Below are positions 1 through 10,456 of a stretch of DNA of 64,000 nt, in pieces. Every line of letters begins with the position of its first letter. Positions within the stretch are counted from its first letter, which is position 1. The stretch lies in the NCBI RefSeq assembly GCF_009914755.1, contig NC_060926.1; one strand, 5' to 3'. The translations under genes and the position numbers were made by a program. This DNA comes from the human T2T-CHM13v2.0 reference genome, Homo sapiens. The notes beneath the pieces were generated by a model that saw nothing but the letters and a program-made list of their open reading frames with translations, was not told the DNA's origin and made no database searches.

Positions 1-44
1 CCTGCGACTTCTCCCATGTATGTCTAGAGGCAAAAGGTTTTTAC

Positions 45-178
45 CTGAGGGCAGGGGAGCAGGCGCGGGAGTCCCAGGCCACACGAAGCACACCCAGGCC
101 CTGGGAGAGCAGCATAAAGGGCAGCAGGATCCCATCCAGGAGGGTTTTGTGAGTAGAGAGGAGGACAAGCGGCAAGCC
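45..178 (-). CDS. GPAT2: GPAT2 coding exon 7 (GLPLVLLSTHKTLLDGILLPFMLLSQGLGVLRVAWDSRACSPALR); gene continues past the left window edge
   Basis: AG acceptor at 180-179, GT donor at 44-43; 134 nt; contains the acyltransferase motif I HxxxxD (HKTLLD); peptide matches GPAT2 as recalled. Confidence 0.93.
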
Positions 179-616
179 CTGCTCCGGGGAGAGCCAGAGG
201 GAAGTGCCAACCTGCCCCACCCTGAGGACACAGGCAGCCAAAGACCCAGGGCAGCCCCAGAGGGAGGGACAGTTCAGCTGCAGAGTTCTTCCTCTGAGCA
301 CATTTCCCAAAAGCAAAGGAGCCTTTAGACAACTCTTAAGGTAACTGCACCGACGCACTGACGTCATGGTTGTTAAGACCATGATGGAAAGACGTTAGAG
401 GAAGCCCCATGGGAGCAGGGCCGTGAGACATAAGGGAAGGTCGGCAAAGAGCAGGGGATTTTTCCCACCAGCTGATGGGGACTGGACTGCTGTATGGCTG
501 GGAACAGAGAGGCCAGGAAGCAGGACCAGATGGGGACTGCTCCTGACTTAAGGGCTTGGCCCAGCCTCTGCTCTTCTGCTCCCACCATCCCCAACCCAAT
601 GGAGGGCGGGCCTTAC

Positions 617-716
617 TGCCTGGGCGGCCTTCTGGACCATCTTCATCTGACCCTTGTGGAGCTGCACATTCAGGAACAGGCAGTTCAGGAACCTCAGCAG
701 CGCCCAGCTGAACAGC
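617..716 (-). CDS. GPAT2: GPAT2 coding exon 6 (LFSWALLRFLNCLFLNVQLHKGQMKMVQKAAQA)
   Basis: AG at 718-717, GTAAGG donor from 616; 100 nt; phase fits both neighbouring exons. Confidence 0.93.
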
Positions 717-809
717 CTGGGGAGGGACACCAGGCCTGAGGTGCGGCAAGGAGTGACGCTCGGCCCGTGGCACTTGGAGGGCTGCCCAGTGCTCCTTAGG
801 GCAGGCCCC

Positions 810-930
810 GCCACTATCCTCATTTTACAGAAGAAGGAAAGTGAGACTCAGGGAAGCTACAGAACTGCTTCCTGGTAGTGAACGCTAAGAAGTAGCAGTG
901 CTGGGACTGGAAGTTCTGACACCAGAGTTC
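810..930. mobile_element. MIR SINE fragment
   Basis: MIR core-like 'cctcattttacagaagaaggaaagtgagactcaggga'. Confidence 0.55.
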
Positions 931-1204
931 ATGCCCACCAGACGCTGCTACTCTCCCACGACCTCATGGTGGAGCTGCCTCACATCAGAATCAGAGCATC
1001 TGCCTCAATTTACCCTAAAGGAGACTAGAGGACCAAGCCTCTCTCCAGGCAGAACCCAGCCTGGTCTTCACAATCTACCAGAAAAGGTGAAATAAAAAGG
1101 AAGGATTAGTAATAGAAGAAGGAAAGGGGATAACTGCAGGGGCAAAATCCCTGGTGGGCAGGTGGGTGGGGTTGTCCCTGCAGCCCAACAGGAGGACCAG
1201 CTCT

Positions 1205-1490
1205 ATTTATTTTTTAGGACAGGGTCTTGCTCTGTTGCCCAGGCTGAAGTGCAGTGGCACAAACTTGGCTCACTACAACCTCTGCCTCCTGGGCTCAAGC
1301 GATCCTCCCACCTCAGCCTCTCAAGCATCTAGGACCACAGGCACGCAACAGTGCACCCGGCTAATTTTTGGAGAGACAAGTTTGCCCTGGCTGGTCTATG
1401 TCGCCCAGGCTGGTCTTCAGCTCTTGGGTGATCCACCCCGCTCAGCCTCCCAAAGTGCTGATATTACAGGTGTGAGCCACTGCACCGGCA
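1205..1490 (-). mobile_element. AluJ-like SINE in a GPAT2 intron
   Basis: Reverse Alu with T-rich tail; flanked by target-site duplication AGGACCAGCT (1193-1202 / 1492-1501). Confidence 0.9.
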
Positions 1491-2019
1491 TAGGACCAGC
1501 TTTAATTTAGGACAGACACATAGCTGTAGTAGCAGGGAAATGTGCTGGATAAGCAGCAAGTCCCCATGTGATGGCTTTTATCTTTCTGTGAAGCATGAGA
1601 TGGGGAATCAGTTGACAGTGGATAAGTCTAAGAAGGAGCAGGCTGGGTGGGAGCCCTGGAGAGTGCCATGTGTCCCTGTGACATTTGCACTTAGCAAGGA
1701 AACCAGTCCACTGGTATGTGTTTCTCTGGCAACGCTGGGCTGCTCAGGTGCAAAGAGAAGGTAGACAGCGGGGGGTCATGCCCATGACTCCCTCGAAAGA
1801 GCATTATTAGCACCCCGAGCCTGCAATCTGAGCTAGGCTTGGAGGGAAGGAAACACAGAAAGGGAGGCTGATGGCTGATGTCAAGGTAGGCAGATCAAGA
1901 GACTAGAACAGCAGAGGGCTGGTCAAGGTCACCAACAACCTCTACTTTCTGTCCTTGCTCAGTTGGCCACTCAGCACATTCAAGACAGCTGAGCTTGACA
2001 CATGCTGCCCCCAAGCCCA

Positions 2020-2850
2020 CCTGTACTCAGGGACTCATTCATCTCCTTGGCTTTAAACACCATCTGTATGCTAAAGCCTCGCAGTGTCTCTGGCCCCAAC
2101 CTCTCTTCTGAGCTCCAGGCTCCTATATGCAGCTGCCTCCTCAGTGTCTCCACAAGCATGTCAGGTACCAAAACTCTCTCTCTCCAAACTACCTTTTTGG
2201 GCCAACTCACTTCTCCCAAAGCCTGTTCTCTGTCCATACCACCAGAAAGTAGGCTAGAAACGGGGCTGTCCTGTAACTTCTCCTACTTCCCTCACTGCCC
2301 CTGTTCCCACTGTCCAATCCCTCAGTGAGTCCTGTTAATATCACCTCGACCTCTCAATCCACTTTTCAACCTCTACTGTCCACCATGATCTCTCACCTGG
2401 ATTAACAAAACAGCCTTCCAGATGCCCTTCTGGTCTCCACTCTTGACCCCAATTCATGATGTCACTTCCCACTTAAAACCTTGCAACTGGTTTTCACTGC
2501 ACTTGGAGATCCAGTCCAAACTTGCACGGCCTTACATGATTTGATCCCTTCTGCCTCTCGATTTCACCTCCCACAGCTCTCGACCCCTCACTTGCTGGCT
2601 TCCAACCACGTCAGCTTCTGGAGCAAACCTAGTCCTTTCCTGCCCAGGGCCAAAGCTCAGGCTATTCCCTCTAGCAAGACTGTTCGCCTCATTCTTGTTC
2701 GCCTTTTCTTCCTCTTGGCTCTGGCTTACAGGCTCTTTGTCCCCTTCCTGGTATTCTGTCTCAGCCCTGTTCCTTCCTCCTTGCAGCCGCGCATATCTCG
2801 TTTACCCTCCGTTTCCCTGGAACAGTGTGCTGCATCTAACAGAGGCTCCA
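2020..2850 (+). mobile_element. L2 LINE fragments
   Basis: L2-like 'ggctttaaacaccatctgtatgct...ccaacctctcttctgagctccag' and 'tctcacctggattaacaaaacagcctt'. Confidence 0.6.
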
Positions 2851-3031
2851 ACCTGTGCTGGCAAAATGTGGGGATGGGAGGCGGTGGTGAAGGCAGGCTG
2901 CAGCCCACTCTGGTAAACACTATCCAGCAACCCAGGAGGAGAGTCCAGCACTTCCCCAAGCCCGGCCAACACCCGCTCTCCAGAAGGACAGAGTCCCCAG
3001 CCCAAGGGTGAGTGCCCTTCAGCCCAGTTAC

Positions 3032-3160
3032 CTGACCAGGAAGGGACGGGGTGGGGCCTGGATGTGACCCAGGATGCGCTGTACCTCCTTCTTCACAAGG
3101 TCAGGCACCTGGCCTTCCCCAGTGCCTCCTGGGACCCTCCCTGAGAGGAGGTTCTGCACC
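3032..3160 (-). CDS. GPAT2: GPAT2 coding exon 5 (VQNLLSGRVPGGTGEGQVPDLVKKEVQRILGHIQAPPRPFLVR)
   Basis: CACAG acceptor ending at 3161, GTAACT donor from 3031; 129 nt, phase 2/2. Confidence 0.92.
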
Positions 3161-3369
3161 CTGTGAGGGGGTTAGAAGGAGTGCTATGAGGCTGCAGCAG
3201 GGCACAGCCTCCAGTCTTCACTCTCCTCCTTAAGGAAGGGTCCCAGGCAAAGCTCATGCTCTAGAAGCCTTGCCCCAGCCACCCCTCTCAAACACCCCTA
3301 CCTAGTGTCATTGTCATCCCATTCAGGATCCCAGAAATGCCAGCCAGACCTCACTCCCTGCCTCCTCAC

Positions 3370-3474
3370 CCGGTGCTTTCCATGATCTTCTGTGGGACAT
3401 CCTGGCAGGGGGGGATGTGCTGCTCCAGGGACCACAGGAAATAGCAGAGCCTCCGAACCAGCCAGCCCCGAAAC
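3370..3474 (-). CDS. GPAT2: GPAT2 coding exon 4 (FRGWLVRRLCYFLWSLEQHIPPCQDVPQKIMESTG)
   Basis: CCCAG acceptor, GTGAGG donor from 3369; 105 nt, phase 2/2. Confidence 0.92.
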
Positions 3475-3886
3475 CTGGGCACAGCTCCCAGAGCAGGAGG
3501 GAAGATCCTTCAGAGAGGGCCCACCTCCACTAGGACTCACAGAAGGCTATTCAATCAGAAAGGGACCACACCCCAGACCCATGTACTAGGAACACCTGAG
3601 CAGGAAGAGCTGCCTGTCCATCTGTGCCCCATTCCCACCCCTCACCCTGTTGAGTCGGGTACAGGTTCACAGCCTGAAACACGGTGGGCAATCCATACAT
3701 GCTCACAGAAGGAACTGCAAGAGAGCTCCAAGTCTGCCCCTCCCTGCAGGCTTGTGTATGGAACAGAGGACGGGGCCCTTCTTTCTCTATCAGAGGAAGA
3801 AAATGGCACCAAAAAGCAGGGCCCCAGCAGCCCTGCACCCAAGGGTCCCTGTCCCCAAGCCTGCTCCAGTCCATAGCTCTGACTAC

Positions 3887-3960
3887 CTTGTGTTCTCCTC
3901 CTTCACCAGGATCACATTGCAGAAGCCTAGGTCCGTTATGCTTCTGTGGAAGAGGGACTC
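3887..3960 (-). CDS. GPAT2: GPAT2 coding exon 3 (ESLFHRSITDLGFCNVILVKEENTR)
   Basis: TTGCAG acceptor, GTAGTC donor from 3886; 74 nt. Confidence 0.92.
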
Positions 3961-4658
3961 CTGCAAGACAGGGGGAGAGACAGCATGTCCTGGGGGGCCT
4001 TTGCAAACTGGTAAAGAAACGCCCCTGTACTGCCCCTCTGGCTCTGCCTGGTGGCCTGCTAAGTCTTCCAGGAGAAAAGATTACAGCACAGTATTTCACA
4101 AAAGGTGTTTGACCCCAGATTCTAGGCTGGCTCAGGAAAAAGGGGCCCATGCTCAAAACTGAAGTGCTGTATCCTGTACAGAATCACCCTCTTTCAGAGT
4201 GGTATATGAAAGTCTCCAGAAGTTATCTTCTCAACAGCAGAGAAAACGCAGCCTGGGTCTCCATGAGAAATCTGGGCTCCCTCACCACCATCACATGACA
4301 CAAACCAAAAAAGAGGTCTTCAAGCATGTGCTGAGTGCTGGGGAAGTCTGAGTGGGTGATGTCCACAAAACTGAACAACAAAACTGACACAGGCATGATA
4401 AGAACCCAGCCCTCTGGGCACACCCTACCACCACTTAGGCCCCTCTGTACTTCTCCCACCCAACTCTCCCAGGCCTGGGAACAAGCCACCGCCCAACCAT
4501 ACAACCAATACCAGTGCATCCATTCCCCTGAAAGACAGAAGCAGAGGCATGGGGCAGGGAAGAGCCAAGCTTGCAGGGACATAAAGGAAGCAGCTTCCCA
4601 GAGCTTCGGCTCCCAGAACCAAGCTTCCTGCTTGGGGCCTGGCCCTACCATCACTCAC

Positions 4659-4772
4659 CCAGCTCTTGGGGGTGCAGGTCTGGCAACAGCGACCCACAAA
4701 GGGGCGATACTTCCCCAGGAATGGAGTGACAGCCTCCAGCTTCATCCCAAAGCCTGACGACCACAGGCTAGC
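4659..4772 (-). CDS. GPAT2: GPAT2 coding exon 2 (ASLWSSGFGMKLEAVTPFLGKYRPFVGRCCQTCTPKSW)
   Basis: CTTTCCAG acceptor, GTGAGT donor from 4658; 114 nt = 38 codons; visible inside ORF 4425..4808. Confidence 0.93.
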
Positions 4773-4922
4773 CTGGAAAGGGCGATGAGGAGAGATGAGA
4801 GGACTCAAAGTCCTTGGCAGGAGAGAGGGAAAGATGGAGCAATGGAGGCTCTAGGAGTGAGGGGCACAGCAGAAGGGGTGGCAGGGCAGAGAGGATTTGA
4901 GGAATGGGAGGAGCCACATTAC

Positions 4923-4985
4923 CTCTCGGCCACTGGGGCTGCTCCTTGGCTGAGTTTGGCATCTGCCTTCCAACATGGTGGCCAT
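4923..4985 (-). CDS. GPAT2: GPAT2 first coding exon (MATMLEGRCQTQPRSSPSGRE); whole exon 4923-4991
   Basis: ATG at 4985-4983; TTCTTCTAG acceptor ending at 4992; GTAATG donor from 4922; 21 codons. Confidence 0.92.
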
Positions 4986-5268
4986 GAGAGCCTAGAAGAA
5001 CCACGAACCAGTCACCTCTGGCACTCTCCTTCTCCCCACAGAAACCTGAGCCGGGGAAAGGTGCAAGGATGGAGCCATAAGAATCTGAGCCATAATCCAG
5101 GGCCTCCTGCGGTAACTGCAACCCCCCATCACAGGACAGACAGACATCACTTAGGCCATTAGTGGTGAGGAGAACCTAGGCTGGAAACTAGGGGCTGGCT
5201 CAGGTCAAGGCCCTGCCCCACACCCAACTGATCCCACAAAGGAGCCAGCTGTCCTCAAAAGGTCTCAC

Positions 5269-5347
5269 AGTATCCAGGTCAGGGCCCTCCTCGGGCCAAC
5301 ATGAGGGGGATCGGTTGTCTTAGCATCCACACCCACCCGGCCATCTC
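5269..5347 (-). other. GPAT2: Candidate non-coding 5'UTR exon of GPAT2 (79 nt) containing a 21-codon uORF
   Basis: TGTGCTAG acceptor at 5349-5348 and GTGAGA donor from 5268; lies between the promoter and the ATG exon; pyrimidine tract is weak. Confidence 0.5.
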
Positions 5348-6585
5348 CTAGCACAGATGGGGGCTGTACCGGAGATGCTGATCCTTTCTGTGCAGAGGGA
5401 AAGAATGAGGGCTGGATTGGAAGGAAGGAGGCACAAGACTGCCAAGGAGGAAGAAGACTATCGCCATGAGGCCACCAGGTCCTACTCAGCTGCCCTCCCC
5501 TCCTCACCAGGAGACAGCCCTGTAACCACCCAAACATTACGGGAATGTGGGCTGGCTAATAGAAGAGGGACAACTCAGGGTCAGAACACAGAGGCCTACT
5601 CACCAGGAATGAGCATCTAGTTGGGGACAAAGACAGACTTTTCCACAATCACTCCCCTCTCACATTAACGTTCTCCACAGAAGACGCCACTTGTATCTCC
5701 TCAGCCCCTCCTTCCCACCACAATATTTCCCTGAACTAATAAATACCTATGTTCCTTCAAACAGCACTGAACGACTCCTGGCTCAAAAATTTGGGCCTAA
5801 AAGCCCCTCTTCCCTATTTGTCAGCACGACCCTGATGAGTGGGCTGGTCTAATCATGTTTCCCCATCCCTACCACACTTCGATCAGGCCCATCTAGGAGC
5901 CTCTCCCTTCCCAGCCACCCACCCAATTCTGCCCAGGGTTCTAAGTCCACGATGCTTCTGGAACACCCTCTAAGCCCTCCCTCTCCTCCTTGGGTTCCCC
6001 AGCCCAAGCCTGCCCGGCAAAGAGCCATTCGAAGCCCTCCTCCAGGGCTATGGTTTCATCTCCCTACGTGGTCAGAGTGTCCTGAGGGCAGGGACTCATC
6101 TCTGTATGTCCAGCAGTCTGCCCGGTGTGCAAGAGGGAACCAGGAAGAGCCAGCTGACCCACAATAACTTCCTCCCAAGAATTCTCCAGGCGCGTTCCTC
6201 CTTTCCCCAGTCAGCTCGGTTTCCAGCCAGGAAGCCAAGCAGTAATGGGATCAGGATCCCTGCAGTGCCCAGGGTCTCGGGGGCCACGGGAGGCTCATCC
6301 CAAAGGCACTCTGTTATCTTGAAAATGTTGCATAGCCCTGTTCACAGACACATGGTACAGGAAGGCTACAAACCCACGCCCGCTTTGCAAGGAGGGTGTC
6401 TGTCCCCTAGCTGCAGACCACCCCCAACCCCCAAATCTAACCCCATTAGGTCTGTGCTAGCTCTACGGAAGCAGAGTCAAAGCCATGGCAAGGGGTTATT
6501 CCCATCTGCCAGTTAACAACACAGCTCAGGACTCCTACAGCAGAGGATGCAAACTGGCACCCCGAGGGCAAATTCAACTCATAGA

Positions 6586-6735
6586 CACATATATATACAC
6601 ACACATATATACATATATAATACATATATACATATATATACACACACATATATACATATATAATACATATATACATATATACACACACATATATACATAT
6701 AATACATATATACATATATATACACACACACACAC
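6586..6735. repeat. (TA/CA) compound microsatellite with a 39-43 bp higher-order unit
   Basis: Unit starts at 6588, 6631, 6674 and 6713. Confidence 0.95.
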
Positions 6736-7099
6736 TTCTTTGACTACACAACGTGCTAAAACCTTATGATGTAAAACCAACGTTGAACAGCAGAGGGCTT
6801 GTTACATATACATTTTTTGAAAATCAAGGTTTCCAGTCGCGGCTGTAATGGAAAAAGCTGAGCTCTGGCATCTCTGAGCACACACCCCACAGGGCTCAGC
6901 TGGCCGCCACTGTCCCTTTAGCCCGACAGCAGGAGCCCTCCCGTTTGCCTCCACCTTGATTATCACTGACGCCTGAGCCTGTGCACATCTGAGCGTTCAG
7001 CCCTTGATCAAGGGTAAAACTCTAAACCTGCCCCCACGTTTGGAATGCTTGTGCCCTACAGAGAGCCGCAAGAGAACTTCACCTTCCCGGCTCTGCTCA

Positions 7100-7800
7100 A
7101 ACATGGCCTCGGCGCCCCACAGCCCCCGCCCAGGGCCCCTCAGGCCTCAGCTTCCTCGTCAGACCCGTGACAGGCGCTCCCCGAGCTACCCCAAGATGTG
7201 CGAAGGGCACCTGCCCGACATCAGGTCCTGGATGCCCTCTCTGGATGTAGGGGAACGGGATGCCGAGGAAGAGGCAAAGCGGGGCTCTCCACAACACCAC
7301 GCCCCACAAGGACTCATTCCCGCCACAAGACCCGCATGGCCGGCACTCCCTCCCTTTCGACTTCCGCCCAGTCCCCAACAGGCCGCTCAGACCAGGCTCT
7401 TGAAGCAGGAAAGCCCCTGGATGATCCCGGTCCCCTTCTGACCTGGCCTCGCCGGGGAGCGACCACCGCGCCTCTCACCTCACACCAGCTTCCAACTCCC
7501 GCCAAAGCAGCAGCTCCGCAAAGCCGCCACAAGGCGTGGACTGCTCAAGGGAAGGAGCGGATTGCCCACCTCCGCGCGTCCGGCTAAAAGGCAGCCCCGA
7601 GAGCCAATTGGGATGCGCGCTGGTCCAGAAGCCCCGCCCTGCGTCCCGTACTCTGCGACACTCAACGTGGCCACGGGACCCGTGCTCTGGGGATGGCCTG
7701 CTCCGTTTTCCAGTCGGCCCTGGCCCGCGGTGGGAGGGGAGTACTGCAGGCGGCCGCGAGGCCCCGGGTGCTTGAGCTTCGAGCAGGGACTCAGGCCAGA
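7100..7800 (-). promoter_or_regulatory. GPAT2: CpG-island promoter and first non-coding exon of GPAT2
   Basis: The most CpG-dense tract in the window; palindromic CCAATTGG at 7604-7611; GC-box-like CCCCGCCC near 7632; candidate minus-strand donors AG|GTGAGA (7479/7478) and AG|GTCAGA (7443/7442). Confidence 0.75.
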
Positions 7801-9381
7801 TTCTGATTAAAGAAGTTATCCCAGGGCTTACGCTCCTCCAAGCTGGGGTTCGGCTCTAGCAAAATTCTGAGCTGGGGACGATTAGAAAGGAGAGAAGATC
7901 ATCAAGAGACAGTTGCAGTCATGAAAAACAAGTCAGGCCTCCCAGTGTCATTTCCTTTGTTAATGTGAAGCCTAGACCACCGTCAGGGACCTCCAGCAGC
8001 CGCGCGGTGCTAAGGTTTCAGCTGGGCCTGTGGCCGGTGTGTTCATTCGTGTGGTTATTTGATTAAGACCTGACTCCTGTCTCGGCCCTAAGCTCCGCGT
8101 AAACAAAGACCTTATGGGTTCATTCATGTTGTAACTGTGTTCCCAGCACCCAGCAGGAGACCAGCCAGTGGGAGGCAAGCAGTATAGAACAGATGAACGT
8201 GCGAATGACTGGGCTCTCTGTTCCTGCCCCCATGGAATGAGCCCGCCTGACATGCCAGAGGATTCCACAGTTCCAGAGCATGTGACACACGTGTGCCGGA
8301 GCAAAGCCACACATGAGCCTGGCGGGGCCCAAGACAGCACAGAACGTGTTCACATCCTCCCTCGTCTCTGACTCACCAGCCCTGATGTGACTCCCACACC
8401 CTGCCCCTCCGGGATGTAGCCTTTCTCTCCCTTTGTGCCATTTCGTGTCTATCCAGGCTGTGTGTGCATCCACTCACCTTCATTGGGATTTGCAACGTCC
8501 TCCCGGTACCTGCAGAATCCATTTTGTACCCCATCTTACCGTTCTTTTGTATCAGGGTGCCTGTCCACATCGAGATCCTGAGACTCTGACGCTGAAAAAC
8601 GAAAAATATAGACTTTCACTTCGAAGTTGTAAGTTGCCTCCTAAGAGTGCAGACTTGAATTTACCGAAGGCTGACGCCTCTTAGTTCTGGGAACACCATC
8701 TGTACAGGCAGCCGAGTTTTGCCGTTGTGAACACGTCCCCACCTCTTAAGGAGTTCTCATGCTGAGAAGTAGCCCCAAAGCAGAGACTTTAGACTAGAAG
8801 GTTGCATGGATTGACTGTAGAGACGAGGCGCAGCATCTCAGAGTTCAGCTGTCAGATGTGCTGCTTCTTTGGAAGAAACGTATTTTGTTATGGTGGTGGT
8901 GGTTGTTTGCTGCAATTTGGACATTTGAAAAGAAGCATCCCTCTCAGACCCAGATTGGGTCTGGGACCGAGGACTCAGTGTGCTCTTTCTCCCTCAAGCA
9001 GTTTGCAGGAGAGGCAGAGCTGCAGTGCAGCAAGACCTGTAGGCCAGCTGCCATACACACTGATTGTGACTGACCCGACCCTGAGAGAAACATAAACTGA
9101 TTTGAGCTGGGCCCTGCCCAACCTGGACTGGACTTGGTGAGCCCCATCCTGGACTCATGCCAGAATGCATTACCCAGAATATCCTGATGCACCTAACTGA
9201 CTGCCTGCGCCCAGAGGGACAAAGGCCCTCCCTGTGGCTGGGGGCAGGTGTTCCCTGAAGGCACTGACAGGCCTTTCTCCTGTATATCACCTGGAGAAAA
9301 GGACTTGAGCTGGCATTAGAATGGGCAGAGGGGCTCTTGCCAGTCTGTCTGGGGACCACCAGCGGGGCAGAGAAAAGGAGA

Positions 9382-9649
9382 TGTGATGTTTAATTTTAGG
9401 TGTCAGCTTGACTGGGATACCCAGATACCCAGAGAGCTGGCAAGGCATTATTTCTGGGTATATCTGTGAGGGTGTTTCTGGAAGAGACTGGCATTTGAAT
9501 CACTGGACAGAGTAAGGAATATTCACCTTCACCCAATGGGGGCAGACACCATCCAATCGGTTGAGGGCCTTGATAGAAAAAAGGCAGAGGAAAAGAGAAT
9601 TTGCATGCAGGCTCTCTCTTTCTTCCCTTCTCTCTCTCTCTCTCTCTTC

Positions 9650-9690
<41 letters not shown>

Positions 9691-9948
9691 GCAGCTGGGA
9701 CAGCCATCTTCTCCTACCCTTGGACATTAGATCCAGGCTTTGGGTTCTATAACTTGGACCAGCAGCACCCCCACCCACAGGTTCTCAGGCCTTCAAACTT
9801 GGACTGAGCTACACCACCAGCTTCCCTGGTTCTCTAGCTTGCAGAAGGCATATGGTGGGGCTTTTCAACTTCCATAATCACGGGAGCCAATTCCCATAAT
9901 AAAGCTCATCTGTCCATCCCCCTACCTATATTCTTGGTTCTGTTTCTC
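9382..9948 (+). mobile_element. MLT2-family (ERVL) solo LTR with an internal (CT)n tract
   Basis: Starts TGTGATGTTTAATTTTAGGTGTCAGCTTGACTGG; ends 'ttggttctgtttctc'; AATAAA at 9898. Confidence 0.8.
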
Positions 9949-10456
9949 CATTCTATGCTGTGGTTTGCTGCAATGTTGAACAAGACTTTATGGAAGATTC
10001 CGGAGTAATAGGGATCTACAACATAGACACCACCAATGGTTACCTCTGAAGGTGGCTGTGCTCAGAACACCTGGGCCTGGGAGGGAAAGGGATGTCTCAG
10101 AGGGAGGCATGTCTCCTCCGTTAGTTAGGGTTATGAGGAAATTCACTTTTCCATTGCCTTTTGTTCTATCCAGGCCCTCGACTGATTGGATGGTGTCTGC
10201 CCCCGTGGGGTGAAGGTGAATATTCCTTACTCAGTCTGGAGATTTCAAATGCCAATCTCTGAGGAACCCTGATTAAAGGAGGAGACATGCCTCTTTCTGA
10301 GACACCCTTTCCCTCCCAGGCCCAGGTGCTCTGAGCACAGCCACCTCCAGAGGTAACCATTGGTGGTACTCTATGTTGTAGATCCCTTCCGTTATACCAG
10401 AACCTTCCATAATGTCTTGCTAAGCACTGCAGCAAATGGCAGCCTAGAATGGAGAA
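9944..10456. repeat. Long inverted repeat (arms 9944-10132 and 10265-10456)
   Basis: Arms are reverse complements, e.g. gggatctacaacatag / ctatgttgtagatccc and cacctgggcctgggagggaaaggg / ccctttccctcccaggcccaggtg. Confidence 0.95.

Noticed and set aside
1154-1510. 118-aa ORF and similar ORFs at 49005-51412
   Set aside because: Alu-derived translations
6446-6780. Y/I/C/V/H-rich ORFs
   Set aside because: Translation of the TA/CA microsatellite
9356-9370. CTCF-like CCACCAGCGGGGCAG
   Set aside because: Core spacing is off by one base from the consensus; too weak to call
9396-9807. ER-repeat and SL-repeat ORFs
   Set aside because: Translation of the (CT)n tract in the MLT2 LTR
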